Made by a program: the position numbers and the translations under genes
Shown here: one piece after another, positions 51,966 to 64,000 of the stretch
How the letters are laid out: each line of letters begins with the position of its first letter
How positions within the stretch are numbered: the first letter of the stretch is position 1
Assembly (NCBI GenBank): GCA_951406725.2
Contig: OX597817.1
Coordinates: forward strand, 152,396,001 to 152,460,000
Source of the DNA: Octopus vulgaris
Lineage: Eukaryota
Direction: 5' to 3'
DNA: 64,000 nt
Notes under the pieces: generated by a model
Told to the model about the DNA's origin: nothing
The model's database searches: none
Seen by the model: the letters and a program-made list of their open reading frames with translations, nothing else

Positions 51966-52420
51966 GTGAGTAGATTTCTTTTGTTTTTATATTTATCGTC
52001 TGGTATATATTTGATCTCCAGCTTCATTAACTTTCAACCTGTTTCAGAGTGTCTTGATGTTAAATGCATTAAAAAAACAAAAACATTAATAATAATCATT
52101 GACAATAATTCACAAAATCAGTCTATGACAACAAAAACATGAAAACATGATTTGAATAACTGCCATGAAACAGTAGTCTTATTGAGCAGGTTTTTTATAT
52201 TGTTTTGTGAGATTTATTTAGCATTTGTTAATATATTATTTATTATGGTAGTGTAGCTGTCGAGCATAATGATGATGCCCACTTAATCTCTCATCTAACT
52301 TAGTCACTATTCCAGGTTGTGATGGGTCCTGTTCTTCAACAGGTGGGGTGGAGGGTGGGTGGGGTTTTGTACAAACACAAAGGAAAATGATATTAAAGCA
52401 GTTACAGAAATATTGGTCTT

Positions 52421-52624
52421 TCTCTTATTCTTTTACTTGTTTCAGTCATTTTGACTGCAGCCATGCTGGAACATATCAACCCTAGGACTTATTCTTTGTA
52501 AGCCTAGTACTTATTCTATCAGTCTCTTTGCTGAACTGCTAAGTTATGAGGATGTAAACACACCAACATCGGTTGTCAAGCGATGGTGGGGGGACGAACA
52601 TAGACACAAATAAATACATACATG

Positions 52625-52668
<44 letters not shown>

Positions 52669-52827
52669 GGATGGGCTTCTTTCAGTTTCTGTATACCAAA
52701 TCCACTCACAAGGCTTTGGTTGAAGTTATAGTAGAAGATACTTGCCCAAGGTGTCACGCAGTGGGACTGAACCCAGAACCATGTGGTTGGGAAGCAAGCT
52801 TCTTATCACACAGCCATACCTGTGCCT
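52421..52827 (-). mobile_element. Family B SINE
   Basis: Reverse complement of 32691-33093 with an internal (TA)n expansion. Confidence 0.85.
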
Positions 52828-53055
52828 ATTATTAGCATAATTATTAGCATAATTATCTTTTGAACTTGGCCTTCATCTATTTCTAGCAAGTTAGGAAGGT
52901 TTTGCAGTTAGATAGTTTTAACTCTGACTTGGCAAACATTCATTTCTTACATGCACACACACACACATCATACTTACAATGTGATTTTATATACATATAT
53001 ATATATATGCACACACCCGCACATGTATATGCATATATATGCTTGTATATGTATG

Positions 53056-53277
<222 letters not shown>

Positions 53278-53427
53278 ATACATATATATATATACATACA
53301 TATATATATATATATACACATACATATATATATATACATATATATATATACATACACACACACACATATATATACACACACACATATACACACACACATA
53401 TATATGTATATATATATATATACATAT

Positions 53428-53462
<35 letters not shown>

Positions 53463-53476
53463 CATGTATGTGTGTG

Positions 53477-53508
<32 letters not shown>

Positions 53509-53569
53509 ACATGGTATAAGTATTTCACTAGATGCACTTTTCTTTATTGCTCTTTATTTTACATTTCAG

Positions 53570-53653
53570 AGCTATGAGAGAGCTATGCGCTTCTCTTTTG
53601 ATGAATTCCATATATGGTACCAATTCGCTAATTCCTTAATTTGTACTGGGAAA
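53570..53653 (+). CDS. TTC7B: TTC7/TTC7B coding exon (last in window; gene continues)
   Basis: tttcag/gtgagt, phase 0 to 0. [28 protein letters not shown]; compare TTC7B [28 protein letters not shown]. Confidence 0.96.
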
Positions 53654-53969
53654 GTGAGTATTGGTTGTTTTCATGTTTAAGTTGTTGCTTTTGATAGACA
53701 CAATAGCATTGAGATTAAGGAACTGGATTCCTGATTCAAACATAACTATGACTCAAACTTTCATTATTTTTATTTTTATTTATCAAAATATTTTTGGAGA
53801 GAAAGACATCATTTAGTTGCTGACGGGAGTAATGTATCTCCTCATTCTTATCTACAAGTCAGTTAAGATAACAGACAAGTGAAAAAGGTTAATTTTTTTA
53901 AAAGAACATTTCCTGCAGATACCTACAATATAATTGTATGTGTACATGTTTGTCTTTCTGTGTCTGTGT

Positions 53970-54026
<57 letters not shown>

Positions 54027-54264
54027 CATACATACATATATATATATGTATGTGTGTGTGTATGCATGTATATACATATACACATGTATATATACATGCA
54101 CACACATATACACACAAAATTTATGCGTGTTTATGTGTTTGCATACCCTTGTCTAAACATCATTTGATAGTTGGCAATAGTAAGAGCATCTGGCTGCTGA
54201 AAATCTGTGTGAGCAAGTTTCGTCTGACGTGTGAAAAAGTGGACATTAAATGATGATGTTAATA

Positions 54265-54299
<35 letters not shown>

Positions 54300-54303
<4 letters not shown>

Positions 54304-55571
54304 GTCATCCCATAAGTTCTGTCTGATTTTACCTTTTTTAAAATTGAATGAAATTTAATAGTGTTTTAGAATGTCTAATGGAATTAAAAATTATTTTTAT
54401 GCATTTGTCTACATTTAAACTAATTAAATATTATTTTACAGAACAATAGAATTAAAATTTCTTTGATTAAAACCCTTTCCAACATGGAAGTATCAAAAGA
54501 GCATTTGAGGCACATAATGCTTTATGAGTACAAAAATGGAAACTCTGCAGCTGAAGCGACTCGAAACATACCCTCAGTTTATGGGAAAGAATGCTTGAAT
54601 GAAAGAACTTGCAGAAGATGGTTTGCAAAATTCAGAAGTGGAGATTTCAGCCTTGAAGTTGAAGATCGAATAGGACGTCCAGTTAAGTTTGATGATAAGC
54701 TCCTTGAGGCATTACTTGAAGAAAATCCTGCATTTTCGGTTGAAGAATTGGCAATAAAGCTTAGTTCAAACCATACAAATGTTCATCGTCATCTTCAACA
54801 ACTTGGAAAGGTTCCTGAACTTGGATTATGAGTGCCTCATGAATTGTCCAAAAGCAACCACAAATCCCAAGTTGACATTTGCTCTTCTCTCCATTCTCGC
54901 AAATTCATTTCACCCTTTTTGGATAGACTTGTGACTGGTGACGAAAATGGGTCTTCTATCAAAATGTTAAATGTTGTAAACAATGGCTTGGTAAAAGGGA
55001 AAAAAACTCAACCACAACCGAGAAGAAGGGAACTTCATGGGAAAAAGGTTCTTCTCTTTCTGGTGGGATTGCAAAGGAGTAATTCTCTTTGAATTGTTAC
55101 CACCTAAGGTAACAATCAATGCTCAAGTCTACTGTCAGCAATTAGAACGTTTGAACCAAGCTTTGAAGAAAAAAACGACCCGCTTTAGTGAATTGAAAAG
55201 GAGTGATGTTTCATCACGACAATGCATGACCCCACACTGCAATGATTACCTCACAGAAGATCAAAGAGCTAGGTTGGGAAAAAATTCCTCATCCACCTTA
55301 CTCCTTCAGACTACCATTTGTTTCGTAGTTTTCAGACTCATTTGGGGGTCATAGCTTTCGCAAGCCAGGAGGAGGTTGAAACTAACATTTCAGAGTTCTT
55401 CGCTTTGAAACCAAAAGAGTTTTACATTGATGGGATTAAAAAGCTTGTAAATAGATGGAAGGAAGTCATAGATAATCAGGGAAAGTACAATGATGATTAA
55501 ATTTCAATTAAATATAACATTTGATCACTTGTTTTCTGTATTCAAAATTCGGACAGAACTTATGGGATGAC

Positions 55572-55575
<4 letters not shown>
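54300..55575 (+). mobile_element. Full-length decayed mariner inside (TA)n
   Basis: TIRs tcaggtcatcccataagttctgtc / gacagaacttatgggatgacctga. Transposase 54484-55500 (HLRHIMLYE..WFAKFRSG..*VPHEL..VTGDE) has stops and frameshifts. Confidence 0.96.
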
Positions 55576-55618
<43 letters not shown>

Positions 55619-55667
55619 TTTCATCATCGTTGTCGTCGTCATCATCATTATCATCATCAGCTGCAGC

Positions 55668-55996
55668 AGCAAAAGCACCTAAAGCTCCATGAGGCTCCAG
55701 CAGGGGGTGGTGGCGACCCCTGTTGTACTCTTTCACTCCAACTTTCTCTCACTCTTTCTTCCTGTTTCTTGTCCCCGACTTCCTACGCAACTGCTGAGCC
55801 TGGGTGCACATTCATCCATCCGTCGATGCTCTCGGTGTCGGGGGTTGACCTGCTTTCACTTCTGCAGGTCTTACGAATAGCAAAGGACCACGTTTTGGAT
55901 TTCTCCCACTACAGACAATCCTGAGGCGTGATCTTGCGAGCTCTAAGGAGAAGAGGGTAGGGACAAAGACCACTTTGCTCAACAAACAAACAAACA
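55668..55996 (+). mobile_element. 5'-truncated SINE with (CAAA)n tail
   Basis: Body cacctaaagctcca..actttctctcactctttc is shared with the SINE at 39312; the 3' part differs. Confidence 0.6.
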
Positions 55997-56159
55997 AGCA
56001 GCAACAATGATTGAGGTAACAACTTTTCCATGTTAGCACAGGTTTGATGGGCCTGAAATCCATCAAATTGCTACTGGGATAAGGTCAGTGGAATAAAATA
56101 CTATATCCTGTCAGGAGTAGTTTGTTTTTGGTACCAGTATAAAGCACAAAGCCAACTTT

Positions 56160-56640
56160 CTCTTTTAAACTTCCTGTGGATCATCTGCACCTTTTATATG
56201 TTCATAGTTTGCACTGAGTACACCATATGAAATTTCTATGTATACTTTTTCTACATATTGAACAGAGCCATTTTCTGGAGGGATTAGTGTCAAGTCTGTT
56301 TCTTTGCTTATTAAAACTTTAGTCTGTGCCAAGTTACATTTAAGGCCTTTTGTTTCCAGGTTTTGCTTCCAACCCTGAAAGTTTTTCTCTAATTCTACTA
56401 CAGATTCAGTAAAAACAAAGCAGTTTTTCTTAAACTCCTCGGAGAAGTATGATAAATAGGAGGGGATTGAGAACTGAGCCCTGGTGAACTCTGATCGGCA
56501 CACTGGATTCTTTCTGTACTCGTCACTTATTCTCATCTTACAGAATCCCTGTACATTGCTTCAAAAGGTCTCACCAGCCATTTGTTTACTCTTAGCTTTG
56601 GTAGCAATCACCAAATCAGGGAGTGAAGGACCCAACTGAA
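56160..56640 (-). mobile_element. Old RTE RT fragment
   Basis: ESVVELEKNFQGWKQNLETKGLKCNLAQTKVLIS. Confidence 0.75.
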
Positions 56641-56648
56641 GGCTTTAT

Positions 56649-56681
<33 letters not shown>

Positions 56682-57256
56682 CACATCACTTCTCTCATGG
56701 TGTTGACATGCGGTTGCATTGGTTGGACATGCGGATGCTGACATTTTGTTGGACTTGTTTGCAAGAAGGCATATTAATTCTCTGTTCAATTTCTGTTGGG
56801 CATCAGCTATGTTGATTTCAAATTACTGGACAGCTGTCTTCCTATGTTTTTCCTATTATACTGTTTTAGTAGTAGTGGTAGTGATAATAATAATAACAGT
56901 AACTTCCAATTCCCTTTTTCTTCAATGATTGCAACAATTTCTTTAACTTGAAATGCATATGTATGCCCCCTGGACATGTATAAATAATGCCAGTATATCT
57001 GTGTATTTATCTGCATATTATTATTATTAGTATTAGTATTATCCCTTTGACCCCCAGTCGACAATTTGTTTATTTGTATGCCCTCCCCCCCTCTTAGACC
57101 CCGGTCGAAACCGTCCAACCCGTGCTAGCGCGGAAAACGGACGTTAAACGATGATGATGATGATGATATATATATATATATATATGCAAATAAATGTACC
57201 TATCTGTATGGCTGTCTGCCTGCATGCCTCTGTGTGTGGTGTTGTGTGTAATTGTA

Positions 57257-57308
<52 letters not shown>

Positions 57309-57451
57309 CACATACATATATGTATGTAAGTGTGTATGTATGAATATACACATCAAACTCTGTATACACAATGCATATGTGCTTGCTTGTGTGTGTGAGA
57401 GTTTATAGTTGGCCACATGGGTGGGCGCATAGATGTGAATTTATAGGTGTT

Positions 57452-57484
<33 letters not shown>

Positions 57485-58255
57485 AAGAGAGAGAATTAGT
57501 ACACATGTATCTAGAGATTTATTCATCTCTTGAGAGATAAGAATGAAAGGGAAGCGCACAGCTACAGAATATCTACATACCTGGATATGATAACACACAG
57601 GAACAAGTGACAAGCAGACTTGTTCCTGCATGCATGAAGCATACATGCACTCATGCATGCTTACATATAGATGCATATTACACATATGGATGTATATATG
57701 TATAATTGTGTACACTCACCACCTGTGTTCATAGACACTAGTCAAGTGAAACAAAAATATAAAACTTCAACTCCAGCAAAACAAACATATACCCAGAACA
57801 CACTCATACTCACACACATACACACATGAATACGCACATGCACAGCACAACACACAGTCACTCACACATATCCTGAAAAGTATAGCTACAATAATGAAAC
57901 CCAGTATATCCAGTTTGGCTATAGTGTAACGAGTCTGGAGCAACATTGTTGAGATCATGAATAACAATGGAAGATTCTGACAAATCAAGAAATTGGTAAA
58001 CCAGTTAGTCAAGTAATAGATTAGTTAATTGGTTAATTAGTTAACTCATAGTCTAATAATAAATAATAAGTAGAAGTGAAATAGAACCAGTGTATGTGTT
58101 CAATGTAGTGCATGTGTTGTTAAAATGACCCACCCAAGATACAACATCTGTTGCAACACATAATTTCATATCAAGAATCTTTCAAAGTATATGCAGTATA
58201 TATATATATATATATATATATATCATACGGTGTTTGCATGTGTGTTTATGTGTAC

Positions 58256-58288
<33 letters not shown>

Positions 58289-58474
58289 TATATTGTGTAT
58301 GTATATATGTATATCTATCTGTCTGTCTGTCTCTTTGGTTGGCGTTAGGAAGGGCATCCAGCCGTAGAAACACTGCCAGATCTGACTGGGCCTGCGAAGC
58401 CTTCCAGCTTCACAGACCCCAGTTGAACCGTCCAACCCATGCTAGCATGGAAAGCGGACGCTAAATGATGATGA

Positions 58475-58523
<49 letters not shown>

Positions 58524-58556
58524 TATTCACACACACATGTACATACATACATACAT

Positions 58557-59035
58557 AGGGTGGTTGGATAGTTTGCATAAAAGGAAAAGAAAGCACAATA
58601 TTTCATCCAGAAATAAAAGTTTTTTTTAAAAGTCCAAAAATATCAACTAGATTATGGTTGGGAGATAACAGTTTACTCAAAGTAGCTGTCTTCAGCTTCC
58701 ACCACAGTCTCAGCACAGCTCTGGAAACTGGTGCATGCATTCTTCACTATGTTCCTGGGAAGATCTTGAAACACTTCCTTGATCTTATCAGCCTGGTGTT
58801 AGTGTTGCAGGCAGAGTAGGAGTATTTCTTAACTGCGACCTACACATAGTAATCCATGGGATTACAATTGGGGGAATTGAGAGGCTAGAAAGTGGGACTG
58901 GTATAGTTGTAGAATTTCTCTGACAACCACTTCTGACACTTTCTGGAGGCAAAGAGTTGAATCATGCTGCTACACATATGGTCTTCCAGCAGTAACCCTC
59001 TGAAGCCAGCATTTGACCACAGTCTCCTACATATG
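58557..59035 (-). mobile_element. maT/DD37D-type transposon 3' fragment
   Basis: Minus strand gives PNCNPMDYYV-like and EAVVEAEDSYFE-like C-terminal peptides; homologous to 62000-62750. Confidence 0.65.
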
Positions 59036-59039
59036 TCCA

Positions 59040-60662
59040 TTCCAACACAGTCTTTTCTCTCACATATTACATTAGATTCCTCTTTTGCCCAGTTTGTCTC
59101 CCAATAAATCTGAACTCTGTCATTCATAAATTTGAACTTTGTCATTCATCAATCTAGTTGCATATCAAATGGAGTATGCTTGCTTCATTTCTTTTTTATC
59201 TTTGCAAGTTCTCTACATTCAGAATTCATGTCTCACTTCCATGTATCATAGCAGTTCGTTCACAAGCATCATACAATCTGCCTTTCACCCTGAGAGAGAA
59301 ACTTTTTGTTATCAACAGCGGTAATGAATCACTTTTTCCAGCCTGATCTTATTCTAGCAACTATGCATTTAGAACATCTTCCAGTGCTAATTAGATCAGC
59401 TGGGTAACAGGTGCCGTCTATTACTGCTAAGTATCCTTCTGAGCATTTAAGAAAATCTATTTTCTGTGCACTCTTGGTGTTTATTTTGCCTGTGCATCTG
59501 CCATATACAAAATCTACTTTTTCTGTTAACCTGCCTGTGATACCACTTCCACTGCTTGTGTGTCCACAATTTGCATTGGGTACATCTTATGGGATTTTCT
59601 ATCTACTCCATTTTTTTATATCAAGCAAGCCATTTAGAGGATTCAAAAAGAGTTGGATAAGTCTAATGATGATTACAAATGTATGACAGCTCAGAAAACT
59701 TACTCTGATCATTCTGATAAGAAAAGAATTCCAGAATTTGTTGGTGAAATCTAGGCTATGATTAATAACAATCTCTCCAAGTCAATCAGGTCCATCACCA
59801 GGGACATGAGAGTATCTGAGTTTCTTATCAGGCAGGTAGTGCATGAAGACATTTGATATTCCTCTTATAAGATGAAAAAGGGCCAATTTTTATTCTAAGC
59901 CATCAAGACAAGAGGAAAGACCGTGCAGCGAAGTTTTTGAACAAACTCAAGCATCTCCTCCAACCAAACATGCTTTGGTTTTTCTCTGATGAGAAAACTT
60001 TCTGCCAGGATCAGATGGTGAACACACAGAAAAACTGTTGGCTTGCTGTGTCTCCAAAACATGTACCAAGAGTGATAAAAATCAAACGTCCAGTCAACAT
60101 TATGGTCTTTGGAGTGATCACGAGTGATGGCGTCATTATACCTCATTCATCTTCCCACACGGCTTCAGACTCAACATGGAAACCTACATCAAGTGCCTGG
60201 AGGAGGTAGTGCTACCCTGGGTGAAGAGGGTGGCTGCTAGAAGACACTAAGTCTGGCAACAGGACTCTGCATCATGTCACACAACCAAGAGAACCCAGTT
60301 GTGTCTGTCAGACAATTTCTGTGATCACATCACCCTTAACATCGGGACACTTAACTCCCCAGACTGCAACCCCCTTGATTATTATGTGCAGAGCGCAGTT
60401 GAGTGAGAAAGACCAACAAAATTCCTTGTAGCACCAAAGATGAACTGAAGGCAAGGATTATGACAGCATTCACCAACTTACACAAGGAGATCATCCAGAA
60501 GAGTTGCAGAAGATTCTGAAGTTGTCCAGAGGCTGTGGTTGAAGCCAATGGCAATTTTATTGAATAACTTTACTCTTTAGTATTTCAAGATATTTTAATG
60601 TAATTTTGGTAAATATATCTGTTAAAATGAAATATCAGTGTTATTTTTTTATTCACCGCACC

Positions 60663-60745
<83 letters not shown>

Positions 60746-61110
60746 GTAGCTCTCAATTCTGAGTATGTACATGTATTTACTAGATTGCTGACATTTGTCA
60801 ATGGTTTCTTCCATTGTGTTGATGCACCATTTTGCATCATTAATAAAACTGTTTGCATTTTTGTTGACATGGGTATGCTAGTAACTATTATACTTCTCCT
60901 GCACTTACCTCACCAGGAAGAGAGCATCAGTTGTAGTTTTACCTGGCACAGAACTAAACAGCATCTTTCTAATTGAAGTATCAACTTTCTGTAGAGTTTG
61001 TGATCTGGTCCAGCAATTCAATACCTCTATAATTTCCTCTCTCAAGTCATCTCCTTTACTCATTCTAATAGTTTGCTATGATGCTGTTATGTTAGCCATT
61101 GAATATGACA
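59040..61110 (-). mobile_element. Old RTE fragment split by the DD37D insertion (pieces 59040-59650 and 60745-61110)
   Basis: SLRVKGRLYDACERTA in the first piece; NYRGIELLDQ-like sequence in the second. Confidence 0.65.
59690..60665 (+). mobile_element. Tc1/mariner superfamily DD37D (maT-type) transposon, decayed, left end missing
   Basis: FFSDEKTF, IMVFGVITSDG, WQQDSASCH-(37 aa spacing counted)-SPDCNPLDY. Right end caccctg followed by (TA)n. Confidence 0.88.
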
Positions 61111-61999
61111 TATATGTGTGAGTGTGTGTGTGTACATGCGTGTGTGTGTTGTTAAACCTCACCTGCTTTCAAGCAAAATAATATTTTACCTTGTTTATCA
61201 ATCAATGATCAGTTTAGACACACTTTCATGGAGGATTGCAGACAAATAGCACAATTGTTTAAATGATGATTCTTTGTTTGCAATCAGAGCTCACGTGTCA
61301 AGAAAAGGGGAATACACACTTAATCACATGCTTGCACACATGCATAGACATATATTTACTTGCATACATATATGCATGCATACATACACACATACATGCA
61401 TGCATACATACATATATACACACATAGATACATATATATACACATACATACATATATATACATATACATACATACAGTTTCAGTTTCTATCTACCAAGTT
61501 TCACACATGTTATTGATCAACCTGCAGCTATAGATAGTGGACACTATCCATCTTTAATCTCCTTTCTGTCAACACCTCAAATGTAAGATTTCTTCCCGGA
61601 AGGTGGGGGCTTGTATCATCTGATGATGGAACCAATTTACGATCAATATTTTGGACCACCGAGTCCCTTGAAACAACTGTTGAATTTCTAATGCTCTTCT
61701 TCAACTCCTTTAATTCTTGATCTCATTTCTAATCTGTGTAAGCTGGACCTTTTTGTATGTAAACATATATACTTTTTTTGTATTTAATGTATTTTTATAT
61801 TCTCTGTATTAAAGCTTTGTCAGTGAATATGTTGCTGTTTCAAAGCAACGAAAATATTTCGACACAAATGTAAATTAAATGTTGAAGTGAGACTAACAGT
61901 CTTTGTGTGTTCTTGAATGGCTTACAAATATCTTCCATGCTGCAATTGTTTATATATAGTTATTTATATATTCATATGTTTGTGTATGTGTGTGTATAC

Positions 62000-62750
62000 G
62001 TACAGAGTGTTTGGGCTAAATTTGACAGTTTGCATAAAAGGGAAAACACAATATCCCATTAAAAAATAAAAGAATTTTTTAAAAATCAAAAAAATATCAA
62101 CTAGATTATGACTGGGAGACAACAATTTACTCAAAGTAGTTGCCCTCATCTTCCATTACGGTTGCAAGATGGCTCTGGAATCTGGCACATGTATTCTCCA
62201 CTGTGTCCCTGGGAAGATCTTTGAATGCCTCCTTGATTTTGGCCACCAGCATGCCTTGGTGTTGTAGGCAGAGTGGTTGGTGTCTTTTGAAACCACACTC
62301 ACACATAATAATCCATGGGATTATAATCAGGGGGATTAGGAAACCAGAAATTGGGGGCAGTGAAGTCATAGAAATTATCTGACAACCACTTCTGACTCTT
62401 GGCAAGGAGCTGAATTGTGCTGCCACACATATGGCCTTCTAGCGGTAAACCTCTCCAGTCAAAGATAGACCACAGACATCTGCAACTTCACATAACCATG
62501 TGAAATGAGCCTAAGGTGCCATTCAAAGATGAGAGTGTGAATTCTGGCATGCAGACGCAGTCAGAATGCCTGCCATGTCCTTTGATGTCAGCCACAGCTT
62601 TGTAGTCTCCATTATAACTGTCCATGTCACATCTTACAGACTTTACAGTGTCCACAGAATATTGGGCAGCTGTGTTAATCTTGGTATTTTGATACCTGAT
62701 GTGAATCATCATGACACAGATAATTCTTTCCAATATTCAGATGGCTTCCA
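62000..62750 (-). mobile_element. maT/DD37D-type transposon fragment
   Basis: End tacagagtg; peptide VAKIKEAFKDLPRDTVENTCARFQSHLATVMEDEGNYFE. Confidence 0.7.
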
Positions 62751-62756
62751 ACCCTC

Positions 62757-63017
62757 TGTGGAGGCACGGGGCGTAGTGGTTAGGGTGTCAGTGCCATGAT
62801 TGTAAGATTGTGGTTTTGATTCCTGAACCAGGCGACGCGTTGTGTTCTTGAGCAAAACACTTCATTTCACGTTGCTCCAGTCCACTCAGCTGGCAAAAAT
62901 GAGTAACGCTGTGATGGACTGGCGTCCTGTCCAGCTTGGGAACACATACGCCATAGAAACCGGGAAACCGGACCCATGAGCCTGGCTAGGCTGTGAAAAG
63001 GCGCATTTATTTTATTA
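62757..63017 (+). mobile_element. tRNA-derived SINE
   Basis: ggcgtagtggtt A-box, degenerate B-box, gatggactggcgtcctgtccag block, and (TTTA)n tail. Confidence 0.8.
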
Positions 63018-64000
63018 TATTCCAGCCTTCCATGTCAGTTAACTTCTTCTCAACTGCACCTTTAACCATCATACTATTCAACACTGTTGACAGTTCACCT
63101 ATACTGTTCCTGAAAAAAGGAGATATAAAAGAAAGTTGTCAAATTTAATCTGTGTATGTATATATGTATGTGTATTTATACCGGATTGTATATATGTGTG
63201 TACACACACACACATATACATGCATGCATATACACACACATACATACCAACATAGTTGTATATGTATAATGTATAAAACACTCTTTTGAAAAACTAACCT
63301 GTTTGACTTGTCTGTCACTTTAAGCTCATTTAACAATTGAGTCATTTCTTTGTCTCCAAGTATTTTGAGCTCATAAAAAAGATTATTAAAAGCTTAATGG
63401 TTATAACATTATTCACCTAATATCTAGATTATGTTGTTTTTCTTATTGTTGTTAAGGTTTGGGAACAGTTGTCAGTAAGGTATGGTAGGATGGTAGTATA
63501 CACTGAAGCACTTAGTGATCACAGAAAAACAGTATACCTACCACTCTATTGCTTAGTTATCTAACTAGATTCCTGTTAAATTTTAACATACTTATCCTAT
63601 CAAATATATTCTTTTTTGTATGTTGTGGGTGGCTTTGATCTAATCACTGTCATATGAAAGTAGTCAATGGAACCTGTTATATTATTCTTCAGAACTAAAT
63701 ACTATTGTTATATCTGACTCAGTGACATTTTACTACTTACCTACATTGAGGTGGTTTGGTTATCATAGCATTTAATACCTGGAATTCTATTAGTCAAGAC
63801 TTTAGTGCTATTGTTGCTGTACTATTTTATAGGAATGACACAATCTGCAAAATTTATCATTGCACTTTTTTAAATATCAACTCAACATAAATATCAACAG
63901 AGATGCTTTTTCTTTTTTCTTCAATTCTCAAGTTATTTAATATTTTCCAGTCATTTTATCTCAATTTGTATCAATAAATAATAACCATGGTCTTCAGTTT

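Noticed and set aside
53654-64000. Next TTC7 exon
   Set aside because: No phase-0 exon resembling the following TPR segment was found; it probably lies beyond the window, though a divergent short exon could have been missed.

Overview
AT-rich, microsatellite-dense animal genomic DNA. The repeat landscape suggests a cephalopod such as Octopus; this is an inference. The whole window lies inside one + strand gene, TTC7/TTC7B (TPR scaffold of the PI4KIIIalpha complex). Eight internal coding exons were read directly from splice sites; they join in frame over 1067 nt, and the gene continues beyond both window edges. The introns contain an antisense hnRNP A/B-type retropseudogene and many RTE-clade LINE copies, one with an uninterrupted RT ORF carrying a PHD-type finger. 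They also contain an R4/Dong-like fragment, two full-length decayed mariners, DD37D (maT-type) fragments, hAT/piggyBac/mariner MITEs and several tRNA-derived SINE families. The most unusual signal is a set of small non-coding elements carrying type I hammerhead ribozyme motifs with Penelope-like inverted tails: a ~350-nt highly base-paired retrozyme-like unit with an intact core (41389-41940), a tRNA-headed SINE fused to a minimal hammerhead (2982-3356), and (TA)n-embedded minimal-hammerhead elements (13663-13860, 50578-50775). Exon and TIR/TSD coordinates were counted base by base; boundaries of decayed repeats are approximate. No searches or folding programs were run.
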